Assembly: GCA_051362555.1 (NCBI GenBank)
Contig: CM120642.1
Span: 3,782,001-3,846,000, forward strand
Origin: Lingula anatina
Taxonomy: Eukaryota; Animalia; Brachiopoda
Length of the DNA stretch: 64,000 nucleotides
Reading direction: 5' to 3'
Below, piece after piece: positions 10,401 to 25,400 of the stretch (positions are counted from its first letter, which is position 1; each line of letters opens with the position of its first letter). The notes below the pieces were generated by a model, which did no database searches, was not told the DNA's origin, and saw nothing but the letters and a program-made list of their open reading frames with translations. A program made the translations under genes and the position numbers.

Positions 10401-13400
10401 CAATTCTGGCAAAAACACTCACACCGTTGCTGCTGCGACTCGAACCGGCGTCCGTGCGTCTGCTGGTTGGCAAGACAGCAGAGTAACCACGCAGCCACGA
10501 CAGCTCCGTTGATACGATGTCTTCGGATGGAAACTTTCAACCTCGTCACGGAGAGCGCCAGATTTGGTGTACATGTGTAGACCTGCTGTCGCAATCGATA
10601 ATCCTGGTGCCGCATTTCAGCCCACGCAACCCCAGTCCCCGACATGAACGGTAAAGTTCGTGATGTACACGAAGTCGTGTTTGACAACCCGACTCGGAGC
10701 TCGGAGTCTGTTCTATACTTAGATTGTTTTTGGCTTTACCCATGATATTAAAGAGTACAGGGGGATCAGAGGCGGTGCACAACAGGCGGGTTTTACTTTT
10801 AGCGAGACCAAAAGAGGAGAGAACAAAAAAATACAAAACATTCAAGTGTTTAATTACTGGCGGCGATTGCAGCCATGGGAATTTGGAGTAAAACATATAT
10901 TTGGCAAATAATTCCGCCGAGGAGATATCGTTTTTCTACCGAACACGGTGAACAGGTGGTATGACGTGCTGTTGTACGGCCGGAAAAGCTACAGAATCAA
11001 AACAAGTTGGATCGTATTCATTGATAGGCCTGCTCTGTACGTTCCTAGTGAGATGACTTCGGATGCTTTTATTTTCATTTGGTTTTGCATTGAGATAACG
11101 TTTGGTTTCACCTTTGACGTTTTAGAGCACGATGACGTCCACAGCCGTTCACACCTCGGCGGTTTTAGTATTGAGTAGTCTTTACTCTTTCCAATGTCGA
11201 CTGCGGACCGTGTGAACATATGAACAGTCTTGAGAACCAAGGGCCCAAGATAGGAAAGGAGGGGCATAATGAGACAAAACGTGTGCCTGATAAAAGGAGT
11301 AGAGGTGACGCGACTTTTGTAAAAAAAAAAAAAAAAATCAGAAGTTTTCTCTCTGCTAATCCCACCAAAAAGATGGCACATTTTGATGAAATGCAAGCCA
11401 CACGGAGTTAGTTATAGCTCAATTTAAGTTCGAGATCTGTGGCACCAATATAAGGACTTTTAACTGAAGAGAAAGGAAATAAAATTGTCGACGCAGATGT
11501 AAACTTTCTAAAATATACCGTATTATTATGCAAAAGGTAATTTGCTAGGTCCCACGGGCGCCCTCATTCGTTCTTGTCTGGTGACATCCCGATTCAGGGG
11601 CCAGGTCGTTGTCGTGATGGACTGACGTGCCTCATCCGGGACTCGAACCCGTGACTTTGCGTTACCAAGGTTGATGACGCTTTGGATGTCTCATTTGCAT
11701 CCATGCACACTACTGACTGCTCCGTGACGGACCCGCCCACCCTCCGTACGTTTCACCTTTGACGTTTTAGAGCACGATGACGTCCACAGCCGTTCACACC
11801 TCGGCGGTTTTAGTATTGAGTAGTCTTTACTCTTTCCAATGTCGACTGCGGACCGTGTGAACATATGAACAGTCTTGAGAACCAAGGGCCCAAGATAGGA
11901 AAGGAGGGGCATAATGAGACAAAACGTGTGCCTGATAAAAGGAGTAGAGGTGACGCGACTTTTGTAAAAAAAAAAAAAAAATCAGAAGTTTTCTCTCTGC
12001 TAATCCCACCAAAAAGATGGCACATTTTGATGAAATGCAAGCCACACGGAGTTAGTTATAGCTCAATTTAAGTTCGAGATCTGTGGCACCAATATAAGGA
12101 CTTTTAACTGAAGAGAAAGGAAATAAAATTGTCGACGCAGATGTAAACTTTCTAAAATATACCGTATTATTATGCAAAAGGTAATTTGCTAGGTCCCACG
12201 GGCGCCCTCATTCGTTCTTGTCTGGTGACATCCCGATTCAGGGGCCAGGTCGTTGTCGTGATGGACTGACGTGCCTCATCCGGGACTCGAACCCGTGACT
12301 TTGCGTTACCAAGGTTGATGACGCTTTGGATGTCTCATTTACATCCATGCACGCTACCGACTGCTCCGTGACGGACCCGCCCACCCTCCGTACGTGCGAG
12401 TTTCCTCTTATAGTAATCAATCGCAATTTTTAATAAAAATCAATTCTGGCAAAAACACTCACACCGTTGCTGCTGCGACTCGAACCGGCGTCCGTGCGTC
12501 TGCTGGTTGGCAAGACAGCAGAGTTACCACGCAGCCACGACAGCTCCGTTGATACGATGTCTTCGGATGGAAACTTTCAACCTCGTCACGGAGAGCGCCA
12601 GATTTGGTGTACATGTGTAGACCTGCTGTCGCAATCGATAATCCTGGTGCCGCATTTCAGCCCACGCAACCCCAGTCCCCGACATGAACGGTAAAGTTCG
12701 TGATGTACACGAAGTCGTGTTTGACAACCCGACTCGGAGCTCGGAGTTTGTTCTATACTAAGATTGTTTTTGGCTTTACCCATGATATTAAAGAGTACAG
12801 GGGGATCAGAGGCGGTGCACAACAGGCGGGTTTTACTTTTAGCGAGACCAAAAGAGGAGAGAACAAAAAAATACAAAACATTCAAGTGTTTAATTACTGG
12901 CGGCGATTGCAGCCATGGGAATTTGGAGTAAAACATATATTTGGCAAATAATTCCGCCGAGGAGATATCGTTTTTCTACCGAACACGGTGAACAGGTGGT
13001 ATGACGTGCTGTTGTACGGCCGGAAAAGCTACAGAATCAAAACAAGTTGGATCGTATTCATTGATAGGCCTGCTCTGTACGTTCCTAGTGAGATGACTTC
13101 GGATGCTTTTATTTTCATTTGGTTTTGCATTGAGATAACGTTTGGTTTCACCTTTGACGTTTTAGAGCACGATGACGTCCACAGCCGTTCACACCTCGGC
13201 GGTTTTAGTATTGAGTAGTCTTTACTCTTTCCAATGTCGACTGCGGACCGTATGAACATATGAACAGTCTTAAGAAGGGCCCAAGATGGGAAAGGAGGGG
13301 CATAATGAGACAAAACGTGAGCCTGATAAAAGGAGTAGAGGTGACGCGACTTTTGTAAAAAAAAAAAAATCAGAAGTTTTCTCTCTGCTAATCCCACCAA

Positions 13401-16400
13401 AAAGATGGCACATTTTGATGAAATGCAAGCCATACGGAGTTAGTTATAGCTCAATTTAAGTTCGAGATCTGTGGCACCAATATAAGGACTTTTAACTGAA
13501 GAGAAAGGAAATAAAATTGTCGAAGCAGATGTAAACTTTCTAAAGTATACCGTATTATTATGCAAAAGGTAATTTGCTAGGTCCCACGGGCGCCCTCATT
13601 CGTTCTTGTCTGGTGACATCCCGATTCAGGGGCCAGGTCGTTGTCGTGATGGACTGACGTGCCTCATCCGGGACTCGAACCCGTGACTTTGCGTTACCAA
13701 GGTTGATGACGCTTTGGATGTCTCATTTGCATCCATGCACGCTACCGACTGCTCCGTGACGGACCCGCCCACCCTCCGTACGTGCGAGTTTCCTCTTATA
13801 GTAATCAATCGCAATTTTTAATAAAAATCAATTCTGGCAAAAACACTCACACCGTTGCTGCTGCGACTCGAACCGGCGTCCGTGCGTCTGCTGGTTGGCA
13901 AGACAGCAGAGTTACCACGCAGCCACGACAGCTCCGTTGATACGATGTCTTCGGATGGAAACTTTCAACCTCGTCACGGAGAGCGCCAGATTTGGTGTAC
14001 ATGTGTAGACCTGCTGTCGCAATCGATAATCCTGGTGCCGCATTTCAGCCCACGCAACCCCAGTCCCCGACATGAACGGTAAAGTTCGTGATGTACACGA
14101 AGTCGTGTTTGACAACCCGACTCGGAGCTCGGAGTTTGTTCTATACTAAGATTGTTTTTGGCTTTACCCATGATATTAAAGAGTACAGGGGGATCAGAGG
14201 CGGTGCACAACAGGCGGGTTTTACTTTTAGCGAGACCAAAAGAGGAGAGAACAAAAAAATACAAAACATTCAAGTGTTTAATTACTGGCGGCGATTGCAG
14301 CCATGGGAATTTGGAGTAAAACATATATTTGGCAAATAATTCCGCCGAGGAGATATCGTTTTTCTACCGAACACGGTGAACAGGTGGTATGACGTGCTGT
14401 TGTACGGCCGGAAAAGCTACAGAATCAAAACAAGTTGGATCGTATTCATTGATAGGCCTGCTCTGTACGTTCCTAGTGAGATGACTTCGGATGCTTTTAT
14501 TTTCATTTGGTTTTCCATTGAGATAACGTTTGGTTTCACCTTTGACGTTTAAGAGCACGATGACGTCTACAGCCGTTCACACCTCGGCGGTTTTAGTATT
14601 GAGTAGTCTTTACTCTTTCCAATGTCGACTGCGGACCGTGTGAACATATGAACAGTCTTGAGAACCAAGGGCCCAAGATAGGAAAGGAGGGGCATAATGA
14701 GACAAAACGTGTGCCTGATAAAAGGAGTAGAGGTGACGCGACTTTTGTAAAAAAAAAAAAAAAAATCAGAAGTTTTCTCTCTGCTAATCCCACCAAAAAG
14801 ATGGCACATTTTGATGAAATGCAAGCCACACGGAGTTAGTTATAGCTCAATTTAAGTTCGAGATCTGTGGCACCAATATAAGGACTTTTAACTGAAGAGA
14901 AAGGAAATAAAATTGTCGACGCAGATGTAAACTTTCTAAAATATACCGTATTATTATGCAAAAGGTAATTTGCTAGGTCCCACGGGCGCCCTCATTCGTT
15001 CTTGTCTGGTGACATCCCGATTCAGGGGCCAGGTCGTTGTCGTGATGGACTGACGTGCCTCATCCGGGACTCGAACCCGTGACTTTGCGTTACCAAGGTT
15101 GATGACGCTTTGGATGTCTCATTTGCATCCATGCACACTACTGACTGCTCCGTGACGGACCCGCCCACCCTCCGTACGTGCGAGTTTCCTCTTATAGTAA
15201 TCAATCGCAATTTTTAATAAAAATCAATTCTGGCAAAAACACTCACACCGTTGCTGCTGCGACTCGAACCGGCGTCCGTGCGTCTGCTGGTTGGCAAGAC
15301 AGCAGAGTTACCACGCAGCCACGACAGCTCCGTTGATACGATGTCTTCGGATGGAAACTTTCAACCTCGTCACGGAGAGCGCCAGATTTGGTGTACATGT
15401 GTAGACCTGCTGTCGCAATCGATAATCCTGGTGCCGCATTTCAGCCCACGCAACCCCAGTCCCCGACATGAACGGTAAAGTTCGTGATGTACACGAAGTC
15501 GTGTTTGACAACCCGACTCGGAGCTCGGAGTTTGTTCTATACTAAGATTGTTTTTGGCTTTACCCATGATATTAAAGAGTACAGGGGGATCAGAGGCGGT
15601 GCACAACAGGCGGGTTTTACTTTTAGCGAGACCAAAAGAGGAGAGAACAAAAAAATACAAAACATTCAAGTGTTTAATTACTGGCGGCGATTGCAGCCAT
15701 GGGAATTTGGAGTAAAACATATATTTGGCAAATAATTCCGCCGAGGAGATATCGTTTTTCTACCGAACACGGTGAACAGGTGGTATGACGTGCTGTTGTA
15801 CGGCCGGAAAAGCTACAGAATCAAAACAAGTTGGATCGTATTCATTGATAGGCCTGCTCTGTACGTTCCTAGTGAGATGACTTCGGATGCTTTTATTTTC
15901 ATTTGGTTTTGCATTGAGATAACGTTTGGTTTCACCTTTGACGTTTTAGAGCACGATGACGTCCACAGCCGTTCACACCTCGGCGGTTTTAGTATTGAGT
16001 AGTCTTTACTCTTTCCAATGTCGACTGCGGACCGTATGAACATATGAACAGTCTTGAGAACCAAAGGCCCAAGATAGGAAAGGAGGGGCATAATGAGACA
16101 AAACGTGTGCCTGATAAAAGGAGTAGAGGTGACGCGACTTTTGTAAAAAAAAAAAAAAAAAAAATCAGAAGAAAGGAAATAAAATTGTCGACTCAGATGT
16201 AAACTTTGTAAAGTATACCGTATTATTATGCAAAAGGTAATTTGCTAGGTCCCACGGGCGCCCTCATTCGTTCTCGTCTGGTGACATCCCGATTCAGGGG
16301 CCAGGTCGTTGTCGTGATGGACTGACGTGCCTCATCCGGGACTCGAACCCGTGACTTTGCGTTACCAAGGTTGATGACGCTTTGGATGTCTCATTTGCAT

Positions 16401-19400
16401 CCATGCACGCTACCGACTGCTCCGTGACGGACCCGCCCACCCTCCGTACGTGCGAGTTTCCTCTTATAGTAATCAATCGCAGTTTTTAATAAAAATCAAT
16501 TCTGGCAAAAACACTCACACCGTTGCTGCTGCGACTCGAACCGGCGTCCGTGCGTCTGCTGGTTGGCAAGACAGCAGAGTTACCACGCAGCCACGACAGC
16601 TCCGTTGATACGATGTCTTCGGATGGAAACTTTCAACCTCGTCACGGAGAGCGCCAGATTTGGTGTACATGTGTAGACCTGCTGTCGCAATCGATAATCC
16701 TGGTGCCGCATTTCAGCCCACGCAACCCCAGTCCCCGACATGAACGGTAAAGTTCGTGATGTACACGAAGTCGTGTTTGACAACCCGACTCGGAGCTCGG
16801 AGTTTGTTCTATACTAAGATTGTTTTTGGCTTTACCCATGATATTAAAGAGTACAGGGGGATCAGAGGCGGTGCACAACAGGCGGGTTTTACTTTTAGCG
16901 AGACCAAAAGAGGAGAGAACAAAAAAATACAAAACATTCAAGTGTTTAATTACTGGCGGCGATTGCAGCCATGGGAATTTGGAGTAAAACATATATTTGG
17001 CAAATAATTCCGCCGAGGAGATATCGTTTTTCTACCGAACACGGTGAACAGGTGGTATGACGTGCTGTTGTACGGCCGGAAAAGCTACAGAATCAAAACA
17101 AGTTGGATCGTATTCATTGATAGGCCTGCTCTGTACGTTCCTAGTGAGATGACTTCGGATGCTTTTATTTTCATTTGGTTTTGCATTGAGATAACGTTTG
17201 GTTTCACCTTTGACGTTTTAGAGCACGATGACGTCCACAGCCGTTCACACCTCGGCGGTTTTAGTATTGAGTAGTCTTTACTCTTTCCAATGTCGACTGC
17301 GGACCGTATGAACATATGAACAGTCTTGAGAACCAAGGGCCCAAGATAGGAAAGGAGGGGCATAATGAGACAAAACGTGTGCCTGATAAAAGGAGTAGAG
17401 GTGACGCGACTTTTGTAAAAAAAAAAAAAAAATCAGAAGTTTTCTCTCTGCTAATCCCACCAAAAAGATGGCACATTTTGATGAAATGCAAGCCACACGG
17501 AGTTAGTTATAGCTCAATTTAAGTTCGAGATCTGTGGCACCAATATAAGGACTTTTAACTGAAGAGAAAGGAAATAAAATTGTCGACGCAGATGTAAACT
17601 TTCTAAAGTATACCGTATTATTATGCAAAAGGTAATTTGCTAGGTCCCACGGGCGCCCTCATTCGTTCTTGTCTGGTGACATCCCGATTCAGGGGCCAGG
17701 TCGTTGTCGTGATGGACTGACGTGCCTCATCCGGGACTCGAACCCGTGACTTTGCGTTACCAAGGTTGATGACGCTTTGGATGTCTCATTTACATCCATG
17801 CACGCTACCGACTGCTCCGTGACGGACCCGCCCACCCTCCGTACGTGCGAGTTTCCTCTTATAGTAATCAATCGCAATTTTTAATAAAAATCAATTCTGG
17901 CAAAAACACTCACACCGTTGCTGCTGCGACTCGAACCGGCGTCCGTGCGTCTGCTGGTTGGCAAGACAGCAGAGTTACCACGCAGCCACGACAGCTCCGT
18001 TGATACGATGTCTTCGGATGGAAACTTTCAACCTCGTCACGGAGAGCGCCAGATTTGGTGTACATGTGTAGACCTGCTGTCGCAATCGATAATCCTGGTG
18101 CCGCATTTCAGCCCACGCAACCCCAGTCCCCGACATGAACGGTAAAGTTCGTGATGTACACGAAGTCGTGTTTGACAACCCGACTCGGAGCTCGGAGTTT
18201 GTTCTATACTAAGATTGTTTTTGGCTTTACCCATGATATTAAAGAGTACAGGGGGATCAGAGGCGGTGCACAACAGGCGGGTTTTACTTTTAGCGAGACC
18301 AAAAGAGGAGAGAACAAAAAAATACAAAACATTCAAGTGTTTAATTACTGGCGGCGATTGCAGCCATGGGAATTTGGAGTAAAACATATATTTGGCAAAT
18401 AATTCCGCCGAGGAGATATCGTTTTTCTACCGAACACGGTGAACAGGTGGTATGACGTGCTGTTGTACGGCCGGAAAAGCTACAGAATCAAAACAAGTTG
18501 GATCGTATTCATTGATAGGCCTGCTCTGTACGTTCCTAGTGAGATGACTTCGGATGCTTTTATTTTCATTTGGTTTTGCATTGAGATAACGTTTGGTTTC
18601 ACCTTTGACGTTTTAGAGCACGATGACGTCCACAGCCGTTCACACCTCGGCGGTTTTAGTATTGAGTAGTCTTTACTCTTTCCAATGTCGACTGCGGACC
18701 GTATGAACATATGAACAGTCTTGAGAACCAAAGGCCCAAGATAGGAAAGGAGGGGCATAATGAGACAAAACGTGTGCCTGATAAAAGGAGTAGAGGTGAC
18801 GCGACTTTTGTAAAAAAAAAAAAAAAAAATCAGAAGTTTTCTCTCTGCTAATCCCACCAAAAAGATGGCACATTTTGATGAAATGCAAGCCACACGGAGT
18901 TAGTTATAGCTCAATTTAAGTTCGAGATCTGTGGCACCAATATAAGGACTTTTAACTGAAGAGAAAGGAAATAAAATTGTCGACGCAGATGTAAACTTTC
19001 TAAAATATACCGTATTATTATGCAAAAGGTAATTTGCTAGGTCCCACGGGCGCCCTCATTCGTTCTTGTCTGGTGACATCCCGATTCAGGGGCCAGGTCG
19101 TTGTCGTGATGGACTGACGTGCCTCATCCGGGACTCGAACCCGTGACTTTGCGTTACCAAGGTTGATGACGCTTTGGATGTCTCATTTGCATCCATGCAC
19201 ACTACTGACTGCTCCGTGACGGACCCGCCCACCCTCCGTACGTGCGAGTTTCCTCTTATAGTAATCAATCGCAATTTTTAATAAAAATCAATTCTGGCAA
19301 AAACACTCACACCGTTGCTGCTGCGACTCGAACCGGCGTCCGTGCGTCTGCTGGTTGGCAAGACAGCAGAGTTACCACGCAGCCACGACAGCTCCGTTGA

Positions 19401-22400
19401 TACGATGTCTTCGGATGGAAACTTTCAACCTCGTCACGGAGAGCGCCAGATTTGGTGTACATGTGTAGACCTGCTGTCGCAATCGATAATCCTGGTGCCG
19501 CATTTCAGCCCACGCAACCCCAGTCCCCGACATGAACGGTAAAGTTCGTGATGTACACGAAGTCGTGTTTGACAACCCGACTCGGAGCTCGGAGTTTGTT
19601 CTATACTAAGATTGTTTTTGGCTTTACCCATGATATTAAAGAGTACAGGGGGATCAGAGGCGGTGCACAACAGGCGGGTTTTACTTTTAGCGAGACCAAA
19701 AGAGGAGAGAACAAAAAAATACAAAACATTCAAGTGTTTAATTACTGGCGGCGATTGCAGCCATGGGAATTTGGAGTAAAACATATATTTGGCAAATAAT
19801 TCCGCCGAGGAGATATCGTTTTTCTACCGAACACGGTGAACAGGTGGTATGACGTGCTGTTGTACGGCCGGAAAAACTACAGAATCAAAACAAGTTGGAT
19901 CGTATTCATTGATAGGCCTGCTCTGTACGTTCCTAGTGAGATGACTTCGGATGCTTTTATTTTCATTTGGTTTTGCATTGAGATAACGTTTGGTTTCACC
20001 TTTGACGTTTTAGAGCACGATGACGTCCACAGCCGTTCACACCTCGGCGGTTTTAGTATTGAGTAGTCTTTACTCTTTCCAATGTCGACTGCGGACCGTA
20101 TGAACATATGAACAGTCTTGAGAACCAAGGGCCCAAGATAGGAAAGGAGGGGCATAATGAGACAAAACGTGTGCCTGATAAAAGGAGTAGAGGTGACGCG
20201 ACTTTTGTAAAAAAAAAAAAAAAATCAGAAGTTTTCTCTCTGCTAATCCCACCAAAAAGATGGCACATTTTGATGAAATGCAAGCCACACGGAGTTAGTT
20301 ATAGCTCAATTTAAGTTCGAGATCTGTGGCACCAATATAAGGACTTTTAACTGAAGAGAAAGGAAATAAAATTGTCGACGCAGATGTAAACTTTCTAAAG
20401 TATACCGTATTATTATGCAAAAGGTAATTTGCTAGGTCCCACGGGCGCCCTAATTCGTTCTCGTCTGGTGACATCCCGATTCAGGGGCCAGGTCGTTGTT
20501 GTGATGGACTGGTCGTGATGGACTGACGTGCCTCATCCGGGACTCGAACCCGTGACTTTGCGTTACCAAGGTTGATGACGCTTTGGATGTCTCATTTACA
20601 TCCATGCACGCTACCGACTGCTCCGTGACGGACCCGCCCACCCTCCGTACGTGCGAGTTTCCTCTTATAGTAATCAATCGCAATTTTTAATAAAAATCAA
20701 TTCTGGCAAAAACACTCACACCGTTGCTGCTGCGACTCGAACCGGCGTCCGTGCGTCTGCTGGTTGGCAAGACAGCAGAGTTACCACGCAGCCACGACAG
20801 CTCCGTTGATACGATGTCTTCGGATGGAAACTTTCAACCTCGTCACGGAGAGCGCCAGATTTGGTGTACATGTGTAGACCTGCTGTCGCAATCGATAATC
20901 CTGGTGCCGCATTTCAGCCCACGCAACCCCAGTCCCCGACATGAACGGTAAAGTTCGTGATGTACACGAAGTCGTGTTTGACAACCCGACTCGGAGCTCG
21001 GAGTTTGTTCTATACTAAGATTGTTTTTGGCTTTACCCATGATATTAAAGAGTACAGGGGGATCAGAGGCGGTGCACAACAGGCGGGTTTTACTTTTAGC
21101 GAGACCAAAAGAGGAGAGAACAAAAAAATACAAAACATTCAAGTGTTTAATTACTGGCGGCGATTGCAGCCATGGGAATTTGGAGTAAAACATATATTTG
21201 GCAAATAATTCCGCCGAGGAGATATCGTTTTTCTACCGAACACGGTGAACAGGTGGTATGACGTGCTGTTGTACGGCCGGAAAAGCTACAGAATCAAAAC
21301 AAGTTGGATCGTATTCATTGATAGGCCTGCTCTGTACGTTCCTAGTGAGATGACTTCGGATGCTTTTATTTTCATTTGGTTTTGCATTGAGATAACGTTT
21401 GGTTTCACCTTTGACGTTTTAGAGCACGATGACGTCCACAGCCGTTCACACCTCGGCGGTTTTAGTATTGAGTAGTCTTTACTCTTTCCAATGTCGACTG
21501 CGGACCGTATGAACATATGAACAGTCTTGAGAACCAAAGGCCCAAGATAGGAAAGGAGGGGCATAATGAGACAAAACGTGTGCCTGATAAAAGGAGTAGA
21601 GGTGACGCGACTTTTGTAAAAAAAAAAAAAAAAAAAAAAATCAGAAGTTTTCTCTCTGCTAATCCCACCAAAAAGATGGCACATTTTGATGAAATGCAAG
21701 CCACACGGAGTTAGTTATAGCTCAATTTAAGTTCGAGATCTGTGGCACCAATATAAGGACTTTTAACTGAAGAGAAAGGAAATAAAATTGTCGACGCAGA
21801 TGTAAACTTTGTAAAGTATACCGTATTATTATGCAAAAGGTAATTTGCTAGGTCCCACGGGCGCCCTCATTCGTTCTCGTCTGGTGACATCCCGATTCAG
21901 GGGCCAGGTCGTTGTCGTGATGGACTGACGTGCCTCATCCGGGACTCGAACCCGTGACTTTGCGTTACCAAGGTTGATGACGCTTTGGATGTCTCATTTA
22001 CATCCATGCACGCTACCGACTGCTCCGTGACGGACCCGCCCACCCTCCGTACGTGCGAGTTTCCTCTTATAGTAATCAATCGCAATTTTTAATAAAAATC
22101 AATTCTGGCAAAAACACTCACACCGTTGCTGCTGCGACTCGAACCGGCGTCCGTGCGTCTGCTGGTTGGCAAGACAGCAGAGTTACCACGCAGCCACGAC
22201 AGCTCCGTTGATACGATGTCTTCGGATGGAAACTTTCAACCTCGTCACGGAGAGCGCCAGATTTGGTGTACATGTGTAGACCTGCTGTCGCAATCGATAA
22301 TCCTGGTGCCGCATTTCAGCCCACGCAACCCCAGTCCCCGACATGAACGGTAAAGTTCGTGATGTACACGAAGTCGTGTTTGACAACCCGACTCGGAGCT

Positions 22401-25400
22401 CGGAGTTTGTTCTATACTAAGATTGTTTTTGGCTTTACCCATGATATTAAAGAGTACAGGGGGATCAGAGGCGGTGCACAACAGGCGGGTTTTACTTTTA
22501 GCGAGACCAAAAGAGGAGAGAACAAAAAAATACAAAACATTCAAGTGTTTAATTACTGGCGGCGATTGCAGCCATGGGAATTTGGAGTAAAACATATATT
22601 TGGCAAATAATTCCGCCGAGGAGATATCGTTTTTCTACCGAACACGGTGAACAGGTGGTATGACGTGCTGTTGTACGGCCGGAAAAGCTACAGAATCAAA
22701 ACAAGTTGGATCGTATTCATTGATAGGCCTGCTCTGTACGTTCCTAGTGAGATGACTTCGGATGCTTTTATTTTCATTTGGTTTTCCATTGAGATAACGT
22801 TTGGTTTCACCTTTGACGTTTTAGAGCACGATGACGTCCACAGCCGTTCACACCTCGGCGGTTTTAGTATTGAGTAGTCTTTACTCTTTCCAATGTCGAC
22901 TGCGGACCGTATGAACATATGAACAGTCTTGAGAACCAAGGGCCCAAGATAGGAAAGGAGGGGCATAATGAGACAAAACGTGTGCCTGATAAAAGGAGTA
23001 GAGGTGACGCGACTTTTGTAAAAAAAAAAAAAAAATCAGAAGTTTTCTCTCTGCTAATCCCACCAAAAAGATGGCACATTTTGATGAAATGCAAGCCACA
23101 CGGAGTTAGTTATAGCTCAATTTAAGTTCGAGATCTGTGGCACCAATATAAGGACTTTTAACTGAAGAGAAAGGAAATAAAATTGTCGACGCAGATGTAA
23201 ACTTTCTAAAGTATACCGTATTATTATGCAAAAGGTAATTTGCTAGGTCCCACGGGCGCCCTCATTCGTTCTTGTCTGGTGACATCCCGATTCAGGGGCC
23301 AGGTCGTTGTCGTGATGGACTGACGTGCCTCATCCGGGACTCGAACCCGTGACTTTGCGTTACCAAGGTTGATGACGCTTTGGATGTCTCATTTACATCC
23401 ATGCACGCTACCGACTGCTCCGTGACGGACCCGCCCACCCTCCGTACGTGCGAGTTTCCTCTTATAGTAATCAATCGCAATTTTTAATAAAAATCAATTC
23501 TGGCAAAAACACTCACACCGTTGCTGCTGCGACTCGAACCGGCGTCCGTGCGTCTGCTGGTTGGCAAGACAGCAGAGTTACCACGCAGCCACGACAGCTC
23601 CGTTGATACGATGTCTTCGGATGGAAACTTTCAACCTCGTCACGGAGAGCGCCAGATTTGGTGTACATGTGTAGACCTGCTGTCGCAATCGATAATCCTG
23701 GTGCCGCATTTCAGCCCACGCAACCCCAGTCCCCGACATGAACGGTAAAGTTCGTGATGTACACGAAGTCGTGTTTGACAACCCGACTCGGAGCTCGGAG
23801 TTTGTTCTATACTAAGATTGTTTTTGGCTTTACCCATGATATTAAAGAGTACAGGGGGATCAGAGGCGGTGCACAACAGGCGGGTTTTACTTTTAGCGAG
23901 ACCAAAAGAGGAGAGAACAAAAAAATACAAAACATTCAAGTGTTTAATTACTGGCGGCGATTGCAGCCATGGGAATTTGGAGTAAAACATATATTTGGCA
24001 AATAATTCCGCCGAGGAGATATCGTTTTTCTACCGAACACGGTGAACAGGTGGTATGACGTGCTGTTGTACGGCCGGAAAAGCTACAGAATCAAAACAAG
24101 TTGGATCGTATTCATTGATAGGCCTGCTCTGTACGTTCCTAGTGAGATGACTTCGGATGCTTTTATTTTCATTTGGTTTTGCATTGAGATAACGTTTGGT
24201 TTCACCTTTGACGTTTTAGAGCACGATGACGTCCACAGCCGTTCACACCTCGGCGGTTTTAGTATTGAGTAGTCTTTACTCTTTCCAATGTCGACTGCGG
24301 ACCGTATGAACATATGAACAGTCTTGAGAACCAAAGGCCCAAGATAGGAAAGGAGGGGCATAATGAGACAAAACGTGTGCCTGATAAAAGGAGTAGAGGT
24401 GACGCGACTTTTGTAAAAAAAAAAAAAAAAAAAATCAGAAGAAAGGAAATAAAATTGTCGACTCAGATGTAAACTTTGTAAAGTATACCGTATTATTATG
24501 CAAAAGGTAATTTGCTAGGTCCCACGGGCGCCCTCATTCGTTCTCGTCTGGTGACATCCCGATTCAGGGGCCAGGTCGTTGTCGTGATGGACTGACGTGC
24601 CTCATCCGGGACTCGAACCCGTGACTTTGCGTTACCAAGGTTGATGACGCTTTGGATGTCTCATTTGCATCCATGCACGCTACCGACTGCTCCGTGACGG
24701 ACCCGCCCACCCTCCGTACGTGCGAGTTTCCTCTTATAGTAATCAATCGCAGTTTTTAATAAAAATCAATTCTGGCAAAAACACTCACACCGTTGCTGCT
24801 GCGACTCGAACCGGCGTCCGTGCGTCTGCTGGTTGGCAAGACAGCAGAGTTACCACGCAGCCACGACAGCTCCGTTGATACGATGTCTTCGGATGGAAAC
24901 TTTCAACCTCGTCACGGAGAGCGCCAGATTTGGTGTACATGTGTAGACCTGCTGTCGCAATCGATAATCCTGGTGCCGCATTTCAGCCCACGCAACCCCA
25001 GTCCCCGACATGAACGGTAAAGTTCGTGATGTACACGAAGTCGTGTTTGACAACCCGACTCGGAGCTCGGAGTTTGTTCTATACTAAGATTGTTTTTGGC
25101 TTTACCCATGATATTAAAGAGTACAGGGGGATCAGAGGCGGTGCACAACAGGCGGGTTTTACTTTTAGCGAGACCAAAAGAGGAGAGAACAAAAAAATAC
25201 AAAACATTCAAGTGTTTAATTACTGGCGGCGATTGCAGCCATGGGAATTTGGAGTAAAACATATATTTGGCAAATAATTCCGCCGAGGAGATATCGTTTT
25301 TCTACCGAACACGGTGAACAGGTGGTATGACGTGCTGTTGTACGGCCGGAAAAGCTACAGAATCAAAACAAGTTGGATCGTATTCATTGATAGGCCTGCT

